A stretch of 64,000 bases of DNA from a virus (lineage: Duplodnaviria > Caudoviricetes). Within the stretch, counting starts at the first letter, position 1. Each line of letters begins with the position of its first letter. The stretch lies in the IMG/VR virus record IMGVR_UViG_3300037501_000255. One strand, written 5' to 3'. The position numbers and the translations under genes are program-made. Below, piece by piece: positions 10,099-19,015 of this stretch. Below the pieces are notes generated by a model, which worked only from the letters and a program-made list of their open reading frames with translations, did no database searches and was not told the origin of the DNA.

Positions 10099-10670
10099 TC
10101 ACCTCTATAACCATGATGGTCGGCTGGCTTCCAGCTTTTCTTTGCCATACGAGCAATCACTTCCTCTAGTGACACTGGGGCGTATGAGTTGGCATCTACT
10201 CCGACATCCATGCTCAGTGCGGTGCGATCATCGGGCAGCGAACCATGACTATGTCCGTATAGGTGAATTGCGCCATGGTGTGATTTGTTCCACACGCGCA
10301 TGGCATAGTGGCACATCACAATCTTTGTGCCGTGCCTAACGCCCTTTTCTGCCGGCAGGTCAAGTTCAAAAAGCTTATGAACGGCACGGAAAGCCGCGCG
10401 AAATTCCGGCGAATTGAGGCAACCCCTATCATGGTTTCCTTCAATCAAAACCTTATTGCCATTCAGTCGATTGAGAACTCGCACAGCGCAGTCGGGCTTG
10501 CTGAGCGCAAAGTCCCCTATTACATACACGCAATCGTCATAAGATACTCTGCTGTTCCAATTGCGAATCAGAGCCTCATCCATCTCATCTACATTAGAGA
10601 ATGGTCGATTACAGTATTTGATGATATTGGCGTGACCGAAGTGCAGATCACTCGTGAACCATAGTGCCAT
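10095..10670 (-). CDS. Calcineurin-like metallophosphoesterase
   Basis: FTSDLHFGH, VIGDF, GNHD, CHY, LYGHSHG, DVGVD motifs. Confidence 0.9.
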   Translation of the reverse strand: MALWFTSDLHFGHANIIKYCNRPFSNVDEMDEALIRNWNSRVSYDDCVYVIGDFALSKPDCAVRVLNRLNGNKVLIEGNHDRGCLNSPEFRAAFRAVHKLFELDLPAEKGVRHGTKIVMCHYAMRVWNKSHHGAIHLYGHSHGSLPDDRTALSMDVGVDANSYAPVSLEEVIARMAKKSWKPADHHGYRGE

Positions 10671-11205
10671 TCAGAAAATTCCTAATTTCCTCGATGTGAG
10701 ATGTTGTGAGGCCAATGTCTGAGTCTGGGCAAATTGTGAGTAATCTACCGTGCAGATCGAGGATTCTGCCGTTACGCGCCCATTCTTCATGAAATCCATT
10801 AGCGTCATCATCGATCCATACCACTTTTCCGCCGGGCTGGGACAGAAATTGTTGCACAGCGCGAGGCTTCCATAAGAAGTCCTCTGCCGTTCGCCATCCA
10901 TACATTCCCTCGTAGTGGGGCGGCGGCTTTTCTGCTAGAACTGGGTGCGAAATCCAGTCAAAGTGCAACCCAATGTTGGCATGAGCGTGATATCCCCACG
11001 TCGTAAGCCAGTGAGTTTTGCACCCTAATCTCTCCAGGGAGTCTCCCATCTGGCGTGATAGATTCAACTTGTAACGACCAGATGCTTTTGTGGAGGTGAA
11101 CTCTGGTTCAAATACCCAGTCTGGAGACCTCGACGGGGAAAACGGGCACGGGTTTACAACTCCGTCTACGTCTAAGAGAATGTCACCTTTGGTTTGGTTT
11201 TCCAA
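10648..11205 (-). CDS. HAD-superfamily phosphatase of the 'Swiss Army knife' RNA-repair type
   Basis: LLDVDGV, WLTTW, WKP, VWIDDD, GLT motifs. Confidence 0.8.
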   Translation of the reverse strand: MENQTKGDILLDVDGVVNPCPFSPSRSPDWVFEPEFTSTKASGRYKLNLSRQMGDSLERLGCKTHWLTTWGYHAHANIGLHFDWISHPVLAEKPPPHYEGMYGWRTAEDFLWKPRAVQQFLSQPGGKVVWIDDDANGFHEEWARNGRILDLHGRLLTICPDSDIGLTTSHIEEIRNFLNGTMVHE

Positions 11206-11316
11206 AACTCAATGTCCTATCTATAATGTTCTCAGCTACATTTGGTTAGCCGCTACAGAGAACATAGTTCTCTTACTTGATTCCGGAAATGAGAGGAGTC
11301 GCATTCCTCCGTGGAA

Positions 11317-12288
11317 CTAGCGGATAACTCCTCCGCCAATCAACTCATCGTCTCTGTAAACTGCGACAACCTGCCCTGTGCTTACGATGGTGCCTTCTGC
11401 AAGAGCAATATGCCCGCTCCCAATCTCTGAGACTGCGTACTTTTTACCATGATATGCCACCTGCGCTGTCAGCATTCCGGATGCTTGGGGCATGTTCCGC
11501 CAGAGCACACGAATTTCCCTCGTGACCGGAACCTCCTTGCCAACCAAGATGCGCTTGGTATCCACAGATACAACGGTATCTCCGCCAAAGCCCTTACGCT
11601 GACCAATGGCCGGGCGTCCAGTGTAACGACCAATCTGGATTAGATCGCTGCCGCTTGACCTGACAACTTCACGATCAAAGGACGGTAGGAGGTGGTTAAA
11701 ACACAAGTTCTGTGAATCTGGAGTTGACGCTGTCGATAGTCCAACCTCAGATGCAACTGATCGCACATCGCTCTTATGCATGTGGCCTAGTGGAGTCAGC
11801 CAGAATTTTAGCATCGCTCTGTCAACGAGACTCACCATATATGACTGGTCTTTTTTAGGATCTCGCCCTCGGAAGACGCGCCCACTATCGTTAATGAAGT
11901 AGTGCCCGCTGGCAAAATAATCACATTGGAGAACTTGCCTATAGTAGTTGAATAGCGGAGCGCGCACATCTGCATTGCACGTTGTGCAGGGGGAAGGTAC
12001 GCCGCCGGCGGACCATACCTGAATGCTTGGATCAATTACCTTCTTCGTAAAGAGTTGCCGAACATCTGGAGTGTGGAGTGTGATGCCCAGCTTATCGCAC
12101 ACACTACGCGCTCGACTGATTGCCGACTCAGCGCAGCATACATAGTCATCACAGTCAGTAGGCTCATTTACTTGCTTGAGAAGCACGCCCTCCACAAGGA
12201 AGCCTTGCTGCTGTAGTAGGTAGGCGGTTACACTGGAATCCACGCCGCCGCTGATACCGACCAAGACTTTGCTCATGCACGAATCCAT
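11317..12288 (-). CDS. mnmA: tRNA-specific 2-thiouridylase MnmA
   Basis: PP-loop SGGVDSS, PSPCTTCN, SGHY, DPKKDQSY, DSQNLCF, IGQRKG, GQVVAVY...IGGGVI; probable start MSKVLVG. Confidence 0.9.
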   Translation of the reverse strand: MDSCMSKVLVGISGGVDSSVTAYLLQQQGFLVEGVLLKQVNEPTDCDDYVCCAESAISRARSVCDKLGITLHTPDVRQLFTKKVIDPSIQVWSAGGVPSPCTTCNADVRAPLFNYYRQVLQCDYFASGHYFINDSGRVFRGRDPKKDQSYMVSLVDRAMLKFWLTPLGHMHKSDVRSVASEVGLSTASTPDSQNLCFNHLLPSFDREVVRSSGSDLIQIGRYTGRPAIGQRKGFGGDTVVSVDTKRILVGKEVPVTREIRVLWRNMPQASGMLTAQVAYHGKKYAVSEIGSGHIALAEGTIVSTGQVVAVYRDDELIGGGVIR

Positions 12289-12340
12289 TTCGGATAGAGT
12301 TGACTGGCTATGTGAGTATGAGTGGCGGCTGGTTCTGGAA

Positions 12341-12350
12341 TAATTAATTA
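12341..12350. promoter_or_regulatory. TAATTAATTA palindromic intergenic motif (copy 1 of 6 exact)
   Basis: Exact 10-mer overlapping the stop of ORF 12348..12533, about 55 bp upstream of mnmA. Confidence 0.5.
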
Positions 12351-12680
12351 CTTATCATTTTTACAGAACAGGCAATTGCCGAAATAGGCAGTTATGTGCC
12401 GAGAGCACATGATTCCTATTCCTAGGATGTTTACTGCCCTCCCACCATACAGTAGGGGCTCAGGTTGAAGAGTGTGGTCGACCACCGGGAGTCTAATATA
12501 TGGCTTATCAAGATTCTTTATTGGTTTCTTCATCTTCTAAAGATTCAAAGTCTATATCTGAAAGATGTAGGACTTCCTCACATTGTTCATGTGGCATGGC
12601 GCAGCATTCAGGACAATGGTATGCGCGGGGGGTGGGGTATATACCAACCTCGGCCAGTGCATGCCTGGCTATATGGTAGG

Positions 12681-13254
12681 TCAAAGCGCAATTCCTTTGA
12701 TCTCAGCAAAGATCCTGTTGAATGGGCGCAGTGTGGCGTCATGCACTAAAGTAGTGCACAACTGAAACAGGGGGATATAATGTTCTTTTGTTTCCTTGAG
12801 CTGCTTTGTGCGAAAACCCTCGTCCTCAGGCGGGGATCGCAAATTATCGAGCCTGTCCGCAGCCTTCACAATCATGAATCCAGGATATTGACTCTCAAAC
12901 TTCAGATTGTCAATATAGCTATCTTTATCTGTCTTTGTGAGCGACCTCACCCATTCCGCCCGAAAAGTTCTTCTGTAAGTGACGACAGGAGCTCTACTTC
13001 CTCGGAGTCTTCGATTGAATCGTGCAGAAGTGCTGTGATTATGAGATCGGGGCTGGTAAACCCGGCATCAATTAGAATCAGTGCCGTTCTGCGCAGATGT
13101 TCGAAATATCGGAGTGGTTTGCCATCTGGACCCAGTTCTTTGCGCACCTGACCCTTGTGAAATTTTTAGCAAGAAGATATGCCTTCTCTACCTTTTGAGC
13201 ATCAGGGTGAGACATGATACGGTACACTTTACACATGAATTCTGCGCGATTCAT
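12681..13254 (-). pseudogene. HD-domain hydrolase of the RelA/SpoT/Mesh1 type, frameshifted
   Basis: Pieces: DAQKVEKAYLLAKN/FHKGQVRKE...YFEHLRRTALIL...ALLHDSIED / VRSLTK...IVKAADRLDNLRS; at least 3 indels. Confidence 0.7.
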
Positions 13255-13294
13255 ACATCCTCCTATGGCAGCGTAATGAGCACCACTTTATTGG

Positions 13295-13504
13295 TCAAGC
13301 GGCTCCTGCGTGGAGTGAATTGGCAAAATCCGTCAGAAGCTCAATTACCGCATGGCGGTTTGCCGCTATATGCGTTTCGCCATTTGAAAGCAAAACCATG
13401 TAGTCCTGCCCTTGGTGTACTGCCGCAATGTCCTGCCCTCCGCATGTGACGACCCATACCGAGTTTGTGCGTTCACTAAATATCAAATCTTCTATAGAGA
13501 ACAT
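13295..13504 (-). CDS. Hypothetical protein
   Basis: 69 aa ORF with GGAG RBS. Confidence 0.55.
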   Translation of the reverse strand: MFSIEDLIFSERTNSVWVVTCGGQDIAAVHQGQDYMVLLSNGETHIAANRHAVIELLTDFANSLHAGAA

Positions 13505-13536
13505 GTTGACTCCTAGCTCCGCACAATCAGATCTGC

Positions 13537-13551
13537 GGGTATGCGCGGTAT
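13537..13551 (+). repeat. 15 bp direct repeat, left copy
   Basis: GGGTATGCGCGGTAT read directly. Confidence 0.9.
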
Positions 13552-13654
13552 TCGGGGTTGGCGTGGTTGGTCCGAAAGTGGCGGAAGAGAAATAAGAAGA
13601 AGGTGCAGAAGAAGCCAGAGGGCGACGCCGATGCAGCGTAGCTTCCGACTGGAA

Positions 13655-14181
13655 TCATGGCGCGGTTGGGACAGGTGCGTGGACCGAAGCGTGGCGGCGT
13701 TTGAGGTCGATTTCGGAAGTTTGCAGGTCGAGGCTACGAGCTTTGGCTGATAGAGGCCGATGAGATTGATGACCTGCTCATATCTTGGCTCGTACTCCGA
13801 TTCGGCCGAGTCCACAAGGTCCGTAGCAAGCTGCCTTGCCCAGATGTCGACCGGCAGCTTGTTCGTCTCCTTAGAGACCTGCACTGCCTTTTCCAAGTCG
13901 GCTTCGTGCTCAGTCGCTAGGGCTCGGCAAATACGAGCGATGTCATCGATGATGTCTGACTGATGTCTGTCCTTGAACATCTGGCGTCTGGCGTCCGCAA
14001 GCCTCTGGAGCAAAAGCTCTGGGTCAGAGTCCCGGTTCTCGTCGTCCGGCAGGTAGTCGCGTATGGAGCTAGTCATGTGCGGTGTAGGCCTCACAGGCAA
14101 CGTGCCGTTCAACCATAGGTTGCCCTTGCCACAAGGTGAACCTATCGTTTCAGAACCGTTGCAGCTTGGTCTTGAAGCCAT
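13655..14181 (-). CDS. Hypothetical protein inside the island, probably frameshifted near 13760
   Basis: Helical body of ORF 13513..14181 (DPELLLQRLADARRQMFKD...); an alternative frame gives a natural end SAKARSLDLQTSEIDLKRRHASVHAPVPTAP* at 13655. Confidence 0.4.
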
Positions 14182-14535
14182 CCCGTTCTGTATCCATTAG
14201 ATCTTTGAGCCACTTTTCAGTGGCAAGTTCATTTTCTGATGGATGGAAGGTTTTTGGCATCGATCAGCAGCGGCGCAGACAGAGGGTCGTGGTTGAGCAG
14301 GTGCAGCTTGGCTTCTTGAATCCTGTTCTTCACCCAACCGATGTCGGCCTTGAGAATGTCCTTGTTCGGCTGCACGGGCAGCGGTGCCTCGTCGTTGACC
14401 CTCCTCTTACCTGGGGGCTCCTGCGCGCGGATCTCGTCGGCATGGTACTTGGCGTTAACGACGATCTTCACCGCCTTATTTCTGGCTTCTTCCAGTATTT
14501 TGGCGCCCGCGCGTCGACAACGGTCACGTCTCTTC

Positions 14536-14829
14536 TCAAGGGAGGTCGCTAGCTGCTTCTTTTCCTTCTCTAGCTCTTCGCGTAGCTTCACGACCTCTGA
14601 CAGCGAGGCAAGATCGGGAGGCCGAGCATAGAAGGTTGCGATGCAGACGCCCATAGCAGCTAAACCCGCTCTTGGTGCGGTTGTCGCGCTGGACAAACCC
14701 GGCAGAAATCACCTTGCCGTGAACGGCCCTTGCTGCGTCGGCGTGCCTGACGGTTGGTGGGAAAATGATCATGGTTTCATTGCCGAAACCAGCCATCTCG
14801 ATCAGAACGTATTTCGGGTCATTACCCAC
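14536..14829 (-). CDS. Phage hypothetical protein inside the island
   Basis: KYVLIE...IIFPPTVRHAD...ISAGFV...CYG pattern; C-terminus uncertain. Confidence 0.5.
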   Translation of the reverse strand: MGNDPKYVLIEMAGFGNETMIIFPPTVRHADAARAVHGKVISAGFVQRDNRTKSGFSCYGRLHRNLLCSASRSCLAVRGREATRRAREGKEAASDLP

Positions 14830-15169
14830 GTTGGTTCCGGTCCTGTCGGCTGTTTATGATACTCCGGCACTCCTGACACCAGGTCGGCATGGCGGCCCAT
14901 CGAAGGGCGTCGGTCTTGGTCTTGTGCCCCACGCAGGTACCGTGCGTATCGCAAACCGAGAACCACGGAAGCTCCTCAGCCTCAGACCCGGCACCAGCCT
15001 GTTCGGCCGTGCAGACCGTGATTCTGAGGCTGGATGCCCGGCACGTGCGCGTCACGGGCATTTCCCTGAGAAGGGACGCCGCGTGCTTTACGGCGGGATG
15101 CTCGGCCAGCCCACGAGCCGAGGCGTCCTTAATGAACTTTTTTACTGCCTTGATGTCGAGCTTGTCCAT
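14822..15169 (-). CDS. Phage hypothetical protein with Cys/His cluster, inside the island
   Basis: PWFSVCDTHGTCVGH...PTWCQEC. Confidence 0.55.
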   Translation of the reverse strand: MDKLDIKAVKKFIKDASARGLAEHPAVKHAASLLREMPVTRTCRASSLRITVCTAEQAGAGSEAEELPWFSVCDTHGTCVGHKTKTDALRWAAMPTWCQECRSIINSRQDRNQRG

Positions 15170-15282
15170 ACCTTACCTATAGGCACCTCATCAGGGTCGT
15201 CAAGAGGAGCTTTACTTATTCCTGTTCTTTGGTACGCCTGCACTTTCTCAGCGACCCGCGCCGGCGGTTCCAGTGCTGACCA

Positions 15283-15297
15283 GGGTATGCGCGGTAT
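15283..15297 (+). repeat. 15 bp direct repeat, right copy
   Basis: GGGTATGCGCGGTAT read directly. Confidence 0.9.
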
Positions 15298-15318
15298 GGT
15301 GATGGGAACAACGCAGCG

Positions 15319-15336
15319 CTGATAATTAATTATCAG
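15319..15336. promoter_or_regulatory. Perfect 18 bp palindrome CTGATAATTAATTATCAG containing TAATTAATTA
   Basis: Read directly; includes the stop codon of the FmdB gene. Confidence 0.55.
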
Positions 15337-15536
15337 AAGTCTGCAGGGGGTCTGCTGCTGTATAAATCCTTATGCCACCCACCGCCTTTTAGTTGAAAGG
15401 TGGTTTTAGATATTATCTTGGCCATGGAATCCGCCGCCCCACACTTCTCGCAAATATGCGGTGGAGGGTCGGTAAGGCGCTGAAGTTGCTCAGAAATGTC
15501 GTGACACACCAGGCATTCATAATCGAATAGTGGCAT
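15333..15536 (-). CDS. FmdB-family zinc ribbon protein
   Basis: MPLFDYECLVC...CEKCG...KIISKTTFQLKGGGWHKDLY. Confidence 0.85.
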   Translation of the reverse strand: MPLFDYECLVCHDISEQLQRLTDPPPHICEKCGAADSMAKIISKTTFQLKGGGWHKDLYSSRPPADF

Positions 15537-15590
15537 AGTTACTCCTATCAATAAAACTTGACACTTAAGAAACTTATTCTCGGAGGAATT

Positions 15591-16034
15591 ATGAGTAATC
15601 TGATCAGACTATTAGCCGAAAGTGCCGCAGCCCTGGATAGGGCTGGGATGTTTAAAGAGGCTGATTTGGTTGACGACATGCTGCGCAGCCTCGCTGCTGA
15701 TGCGGCTGCTGCCCCAAAAACCGCCAGAGCTTTGCTGGCCGACATGACTCGTCTGGTTGATACATTAAAAGCGGCAGACGTGGGGGCGAGCGTTGCCATT
15801 AAAGCCGTCAAAGATTTACTGGCACAGTTAGATGCAGCCGTTGTCGCTTCTTTTCAGACAAAGAAGGGTGACTCGCGTGTCCGTATTATGGCTAAGGATG
15901 CTTTGAATCGATTCCTTGCTATTGCAAATAGCAATAATGATGCGGCTAATGAAATGTTTCGGCCGATAGTAAAACCTATGGTCGATGCGTTGCAGATGAT
16001 GCTTCGGCTACCAGATAACCTAATCTGGTCCTGA
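15591..16034 (+). CDS. Hypothetical helical protein, one of few plus-strand genes
   Basis: GGAGG RBS then ATG at 15591; followed by a hairpin terminator. Confidence 0.7.
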   Translation: MSNLIRLLAESAAALDRAGMFKEADLVDDMLRSLAADAAAAPKTARALLADMTRLVDTLKAADVGASVAIKAVKDLLAQLDAAVVASFQTKKGDSRVRIMAKDALNRFLAIANSNNDAANEMFRPIVKPMVDALQMMLRLPDNLIWS

Positions 16035-16038
16035 AGAG

Positions 16039-16065
16039 AGCCCGCCTTAGGCGGGCTTCTTATTT
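16039..16065. terminator. Probable bidirectional intrinsic terminator between convergent genes
   Basis: AGCCCGCC-TTA-GGCGGGCT followed by a T-rich tail. Confidence 0.7.
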
Positions 16066-16370
16066 GCCGAGCCTTTTCTTTAAGCTGCTAAATTCAGCTT
16101 CATCTCGCTCGCGTTCTCTTTTGGCACGCATCTCATTGGCCTGTCCCTGCAATGCGTGCAGAATCTGATTCTCATCAAAATTCTATGGGTCAGTAATTTC
16201 ATAGACTGGGCCGTGGCGAATACCATCCTCCGTAAGGGAGCGGGGTGCGGTCTCCGGATCGCCGTAATTACTAATGATTTCTGCGGTAAGTAGCTCGGCC
16301 AGCGTCGTGCCCTCTGGCACCGTAACAATTTCATAATCTAAACCACATCGGATAGTATAGTCTCAGCCAT
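16060..16370 (-). pseudogene. Hypothetical protein with an in-frame TAG at 16183-16185
   Basis: Frame reads YEIVTVPEGTTLAELL...HGPVYEITDP*NFDENQILHALQGQANEMRAKRERERDEAEF; ends approximate. Confidence 0.45.
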
Positions 16371-16637
16371 TGCTTTGTTCTCTAAAGACGATATATTTTT
16401 TCCATTTGTATACCTTAACTGTTGCAGTTAAATGTAAGCTCTGACTCATGCAACCAATATAAATGAGAAGCATCTTTTATTGAGACGTGAAGCCAAGTTC
16501 CGCCCAGGGGTGAGCCAAACCATGTATTCGCAACACTCTCCGTACACGGCATTTTTTGCATAATAACGCACGGATACCCATTCCATTTCCATGCAGGATG
16601 ATTCTCAGTTACATTTACCCAGCCAGATGTGTTTGTT

Positions 16638-17636
16638 TTAGACATCTGAAAGTCCAGCTATGGCGCGCGAGGCGGCGCCAAAAGTTTCGGTGTCGACCCC
16701 GAGACTCATCCTAAACCAGCCCGGCATACCACATGCCTCTCCGTCAACAAGGCGTACTTTACTCTCCATCAGTGACCTCTCGAAAGCCGCCGCCCTCAGT
16801 GGCTTAAACCATGCAAACATCCCGGACTTGGCAACCCAACTTTCGCACTGCGGCGCTATAAGATTCTCAAAAGTTAATCTATTTTGAGAGAGTGTGTCGG
16901 CAGCTGAGTTCAGAATTGCGTTGAATTCCATATTGCCCTGCGGTGTGTGAATATAATTGATTAGCTTGGTGCACTGATTCTGCGATGTTATTGACACTCC
17001 GCTGGTCGATATCTCTACATAGTAGGCCATCGACTCAGCCAAGTTACCATCATTTGATGCGGCCAGACCAACTCTAAGTCCGGAGATCCCAAACAGCTTT
17101 GCGAAGGAGAGTACAACAACATCGCAGTCGGGAGTAGCGCCGTTGAACCCATAGAGAGGGGAGGCGTATGCTGCATCCCATAAGTAGCACTTAGTATCAG
17201 CGAATTGAGTGCCATCGGGATTATTTGGACTGGTAATTGCTACAACGGTTGACTCGCCCTCCCCCTCAGAGGAAAATTGGAGACCGATTTGATATGCCAA
17301 CGTAGGGTAACTGGGCCAGTACGGGGCTCTATGTACAAGTCTTTTTGCTCTGCGAACTTCGCCGGCCACATAAAGCGCAGCTAATATTGCCTGCTTAGCG
17401 CCGTTGGTAATTACTATATGTTTATATGACTTAACAAGATCGATCTGACGAACGGCTTCTATAAGGCCGGGTACGCCCCCGAATGGAGGGTATTCTAGGT
17501 CTGTCAGCGGAGCTGTGCATGAAGAGAGGATTGAGCTTTTAAGCAGCTCCTCTTGAAGAAATCTCGGTTCACTAACGGCTAAATTGATTGCGTTGGGATC
17601 TGAAATCTTCGCCATCTGCCAGTCGCTAGTTGACAC
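16638..17636 (-). CDS. PLP-dependent aminotransferase class I/II
   Basis: ITNGAKQA, PYWPSY, TSPNNPDG, WDAAY, SFAKLFGISGLRVG (catalytic Lys), WFRMS. Confidence 0.85.
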   Translation of the reverse strand: MSTSDWQMAKISDPNAINLAVSEPRFLQEELLKSSILSSCTAPLTDLEYPPFGGVPGLIEAVRQIDLVKSYKHIVITNGAKQAILAALYVAGEVRRAKRLVHRAPYWPSYPTLAYQIGLQFSSEGEGESTVVAITSPNNPDGTQFADTKCYLWDAAYASPLYGFNGATPDCDVVVLSFAKLFGISGLRVGLAASNDGNLAESMAYYVEISTSGVSITSQNQCTKLINYIHTPQGNMEFNAILNSAADTLSQNRLTFENLIAPQCESWVAKSGMFAWFKPLRAAAFERSLMESKVRLVDGEACGMPGWFRMSLGVDTETFGAASRAIAGLSDV

Positions 17637-17647
17637 ACTACCTCGTA

Positions 17648-17979
17648 CTAGTTTATTCTGCGATATTCTATTACTAGACCCGCAGCTCTCGCAGCATCGA
17701 TGCCGTACTGCATGCCCTTTGAAATGCCAAAATCTTCATATACAACACTAGCTTCAACTACCTTGCGCCAAGCCAAGCCGGCATCTATACCCACTGACGT
17801 TCGGAAGGAACATTGTCATCCGGTATGCCTGGTTGGGTATACAGGAGGTGACTCGCTATCGGCGCTTCGCCACGAGCAGGGGAATCTCTTACGCGCCGGC
17901 GTGCATACTCAATATTTCGCTCTACGTCGCCAGCGTACGGGCTCTCGATAATAACTAGCCCCACATTTATCTCCGACAT
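17648..17979 (-). pseudogene. Conserved phage protein (IESPYAGDVERN...ASHLLYTQ family), frameshifted
   Basis: ORF 17785..17979 continues in another frame as GIDAGLAWRKVVEASVVYEDFGISKGMQYGIDAARAAGLVIEYRRIN*. Confidence 0.6.
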
Positions 17980-18464
17980 TGGGGATAAGCCAAATACTCG
18001 CCCGGAATGTATGCCATATCCAGCTTATTCTTGAATTTTATTAAATAGAATGTCTTTGCTTTACTTGGAATATTTACAGTATGTATTACTTCGCCTAATT
18101 TAAATATGTGTCCAATAATAAGATTATCTATGTCAGATCCTAAAGTTAATCTCTGAACTACTACACGTTCATCTTTAGTGAATCCAATATCGGGCAAGGC
18201 TCTCGGGCGGTCGGTTAGCGCTACGAATTGAGCATTAAGATTATCTTCTAGAATAGAGCGGGCTCCCATGTGTTCGTCTGGTATTGAGATTTTACGGCGG
18301 AGCTTCTCATTATTTCCGGCACGCCATCCCGCTCTCCACATGTCGTTGCAAAGCTGTGAAAGCTTTTTCGTATCCTCATCCTTGCCCCACACAAACGGTC
18401 CACCTGGATTTGAATTCCATCCCCATCGGTCCATCCACAAAAGGCCGGAGCAGAATCCCGACAT
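17967..18464 (-). CDS. Hypothetical protein
   Basis: 165 aa ORF, possibly two genes fused. Confidence 0.45.
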   Translation of the reverse strand: MSGFCSGLLWMDRWGWNSNPGGPFVWGKDEDTKKLSQLCNDMWRAGWRAGNNEKLRRKISIPDEHMGARSILEDNLNAQFVALTDRPRALPDIGFTKDERVVVQRLTLGSDIDNLIIGHIFKLGEVIHTVNIPSKAKTFYLIKFKNKLDMAYIPGEYLAYPQCRR

Positions 18465-18604
18465 ATAGTTCTGGACTAGAGCAGACTCATTGCTAACCTC
18501 TCGCGCCGCGAGCGCTCTCTAGTAATCTGCGCCTGCAGTGCATCAAGCTCGGCGGATGATAATGTTTCAAGTGCTAAGGTCATACTGACTCCGTGCGCAT
18601 AGAA

Positions 18605-18969
18605 TGGTGGAGGTGATGGGACTCGAACCCATGTCCATAAGATATATTATCGAAAGACTTCTACACACTTAGCTCTCTGCTTGTACTGCCGGGGATCGAA
18701 CAGGAGCATTCGATACTCGGAGGTGCTGACTATTACTACCAATCACCCTGTCAGCTAAATGATTGGAGGTATGGAATCTATCTCTACCAGCAGTCACCAT
18801 ACTTCCTACTGGCATCAGCTACCGCTAGGCGATCAGGCCGCGAGAGCTACTGGTGCAAACTCAACATTGTCGTTGGCGTTTGTATGTTGCCGCAGTTTTT
18901 AAAGAGGGCCGCGACTTCCCCTGTGTGCCGTCATCCAACTCAATCCCATGTCGAAACCAAGACACCCCC
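18605..18969 (-). ncRNA. ssrA: Transfer-messenger RNA (one-piece tmRNA), tag ANDNVEFAPVALAA
   Basis: 5' GGGGGTG pairs with CACCTCC-ACCA including the G3.U70 alanine determinant; GGTTTCGAC 5' motif; T-arm GGTTCGAGTCCC; tag ORF 18877-18833 ending ALAA-TGA; 365 nt. Confidence 0.95.
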
Positions 18970-19015
18970 GTAAAATACACTGGGCTACCGGCACATTAGA
19001 CGCCGGGTTATTTTC

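Larger units (their letters stand above)
13537..15297. mobile_element. Candidate inserted segment bounded by 15 bp direct repeats
   Basis: GGGTATGCGCGGTAT at 13537-13551 and 15283-15297; interior looks more GC-rich than the flanks; no integrase or transposase visible. Confidence 0.45.
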
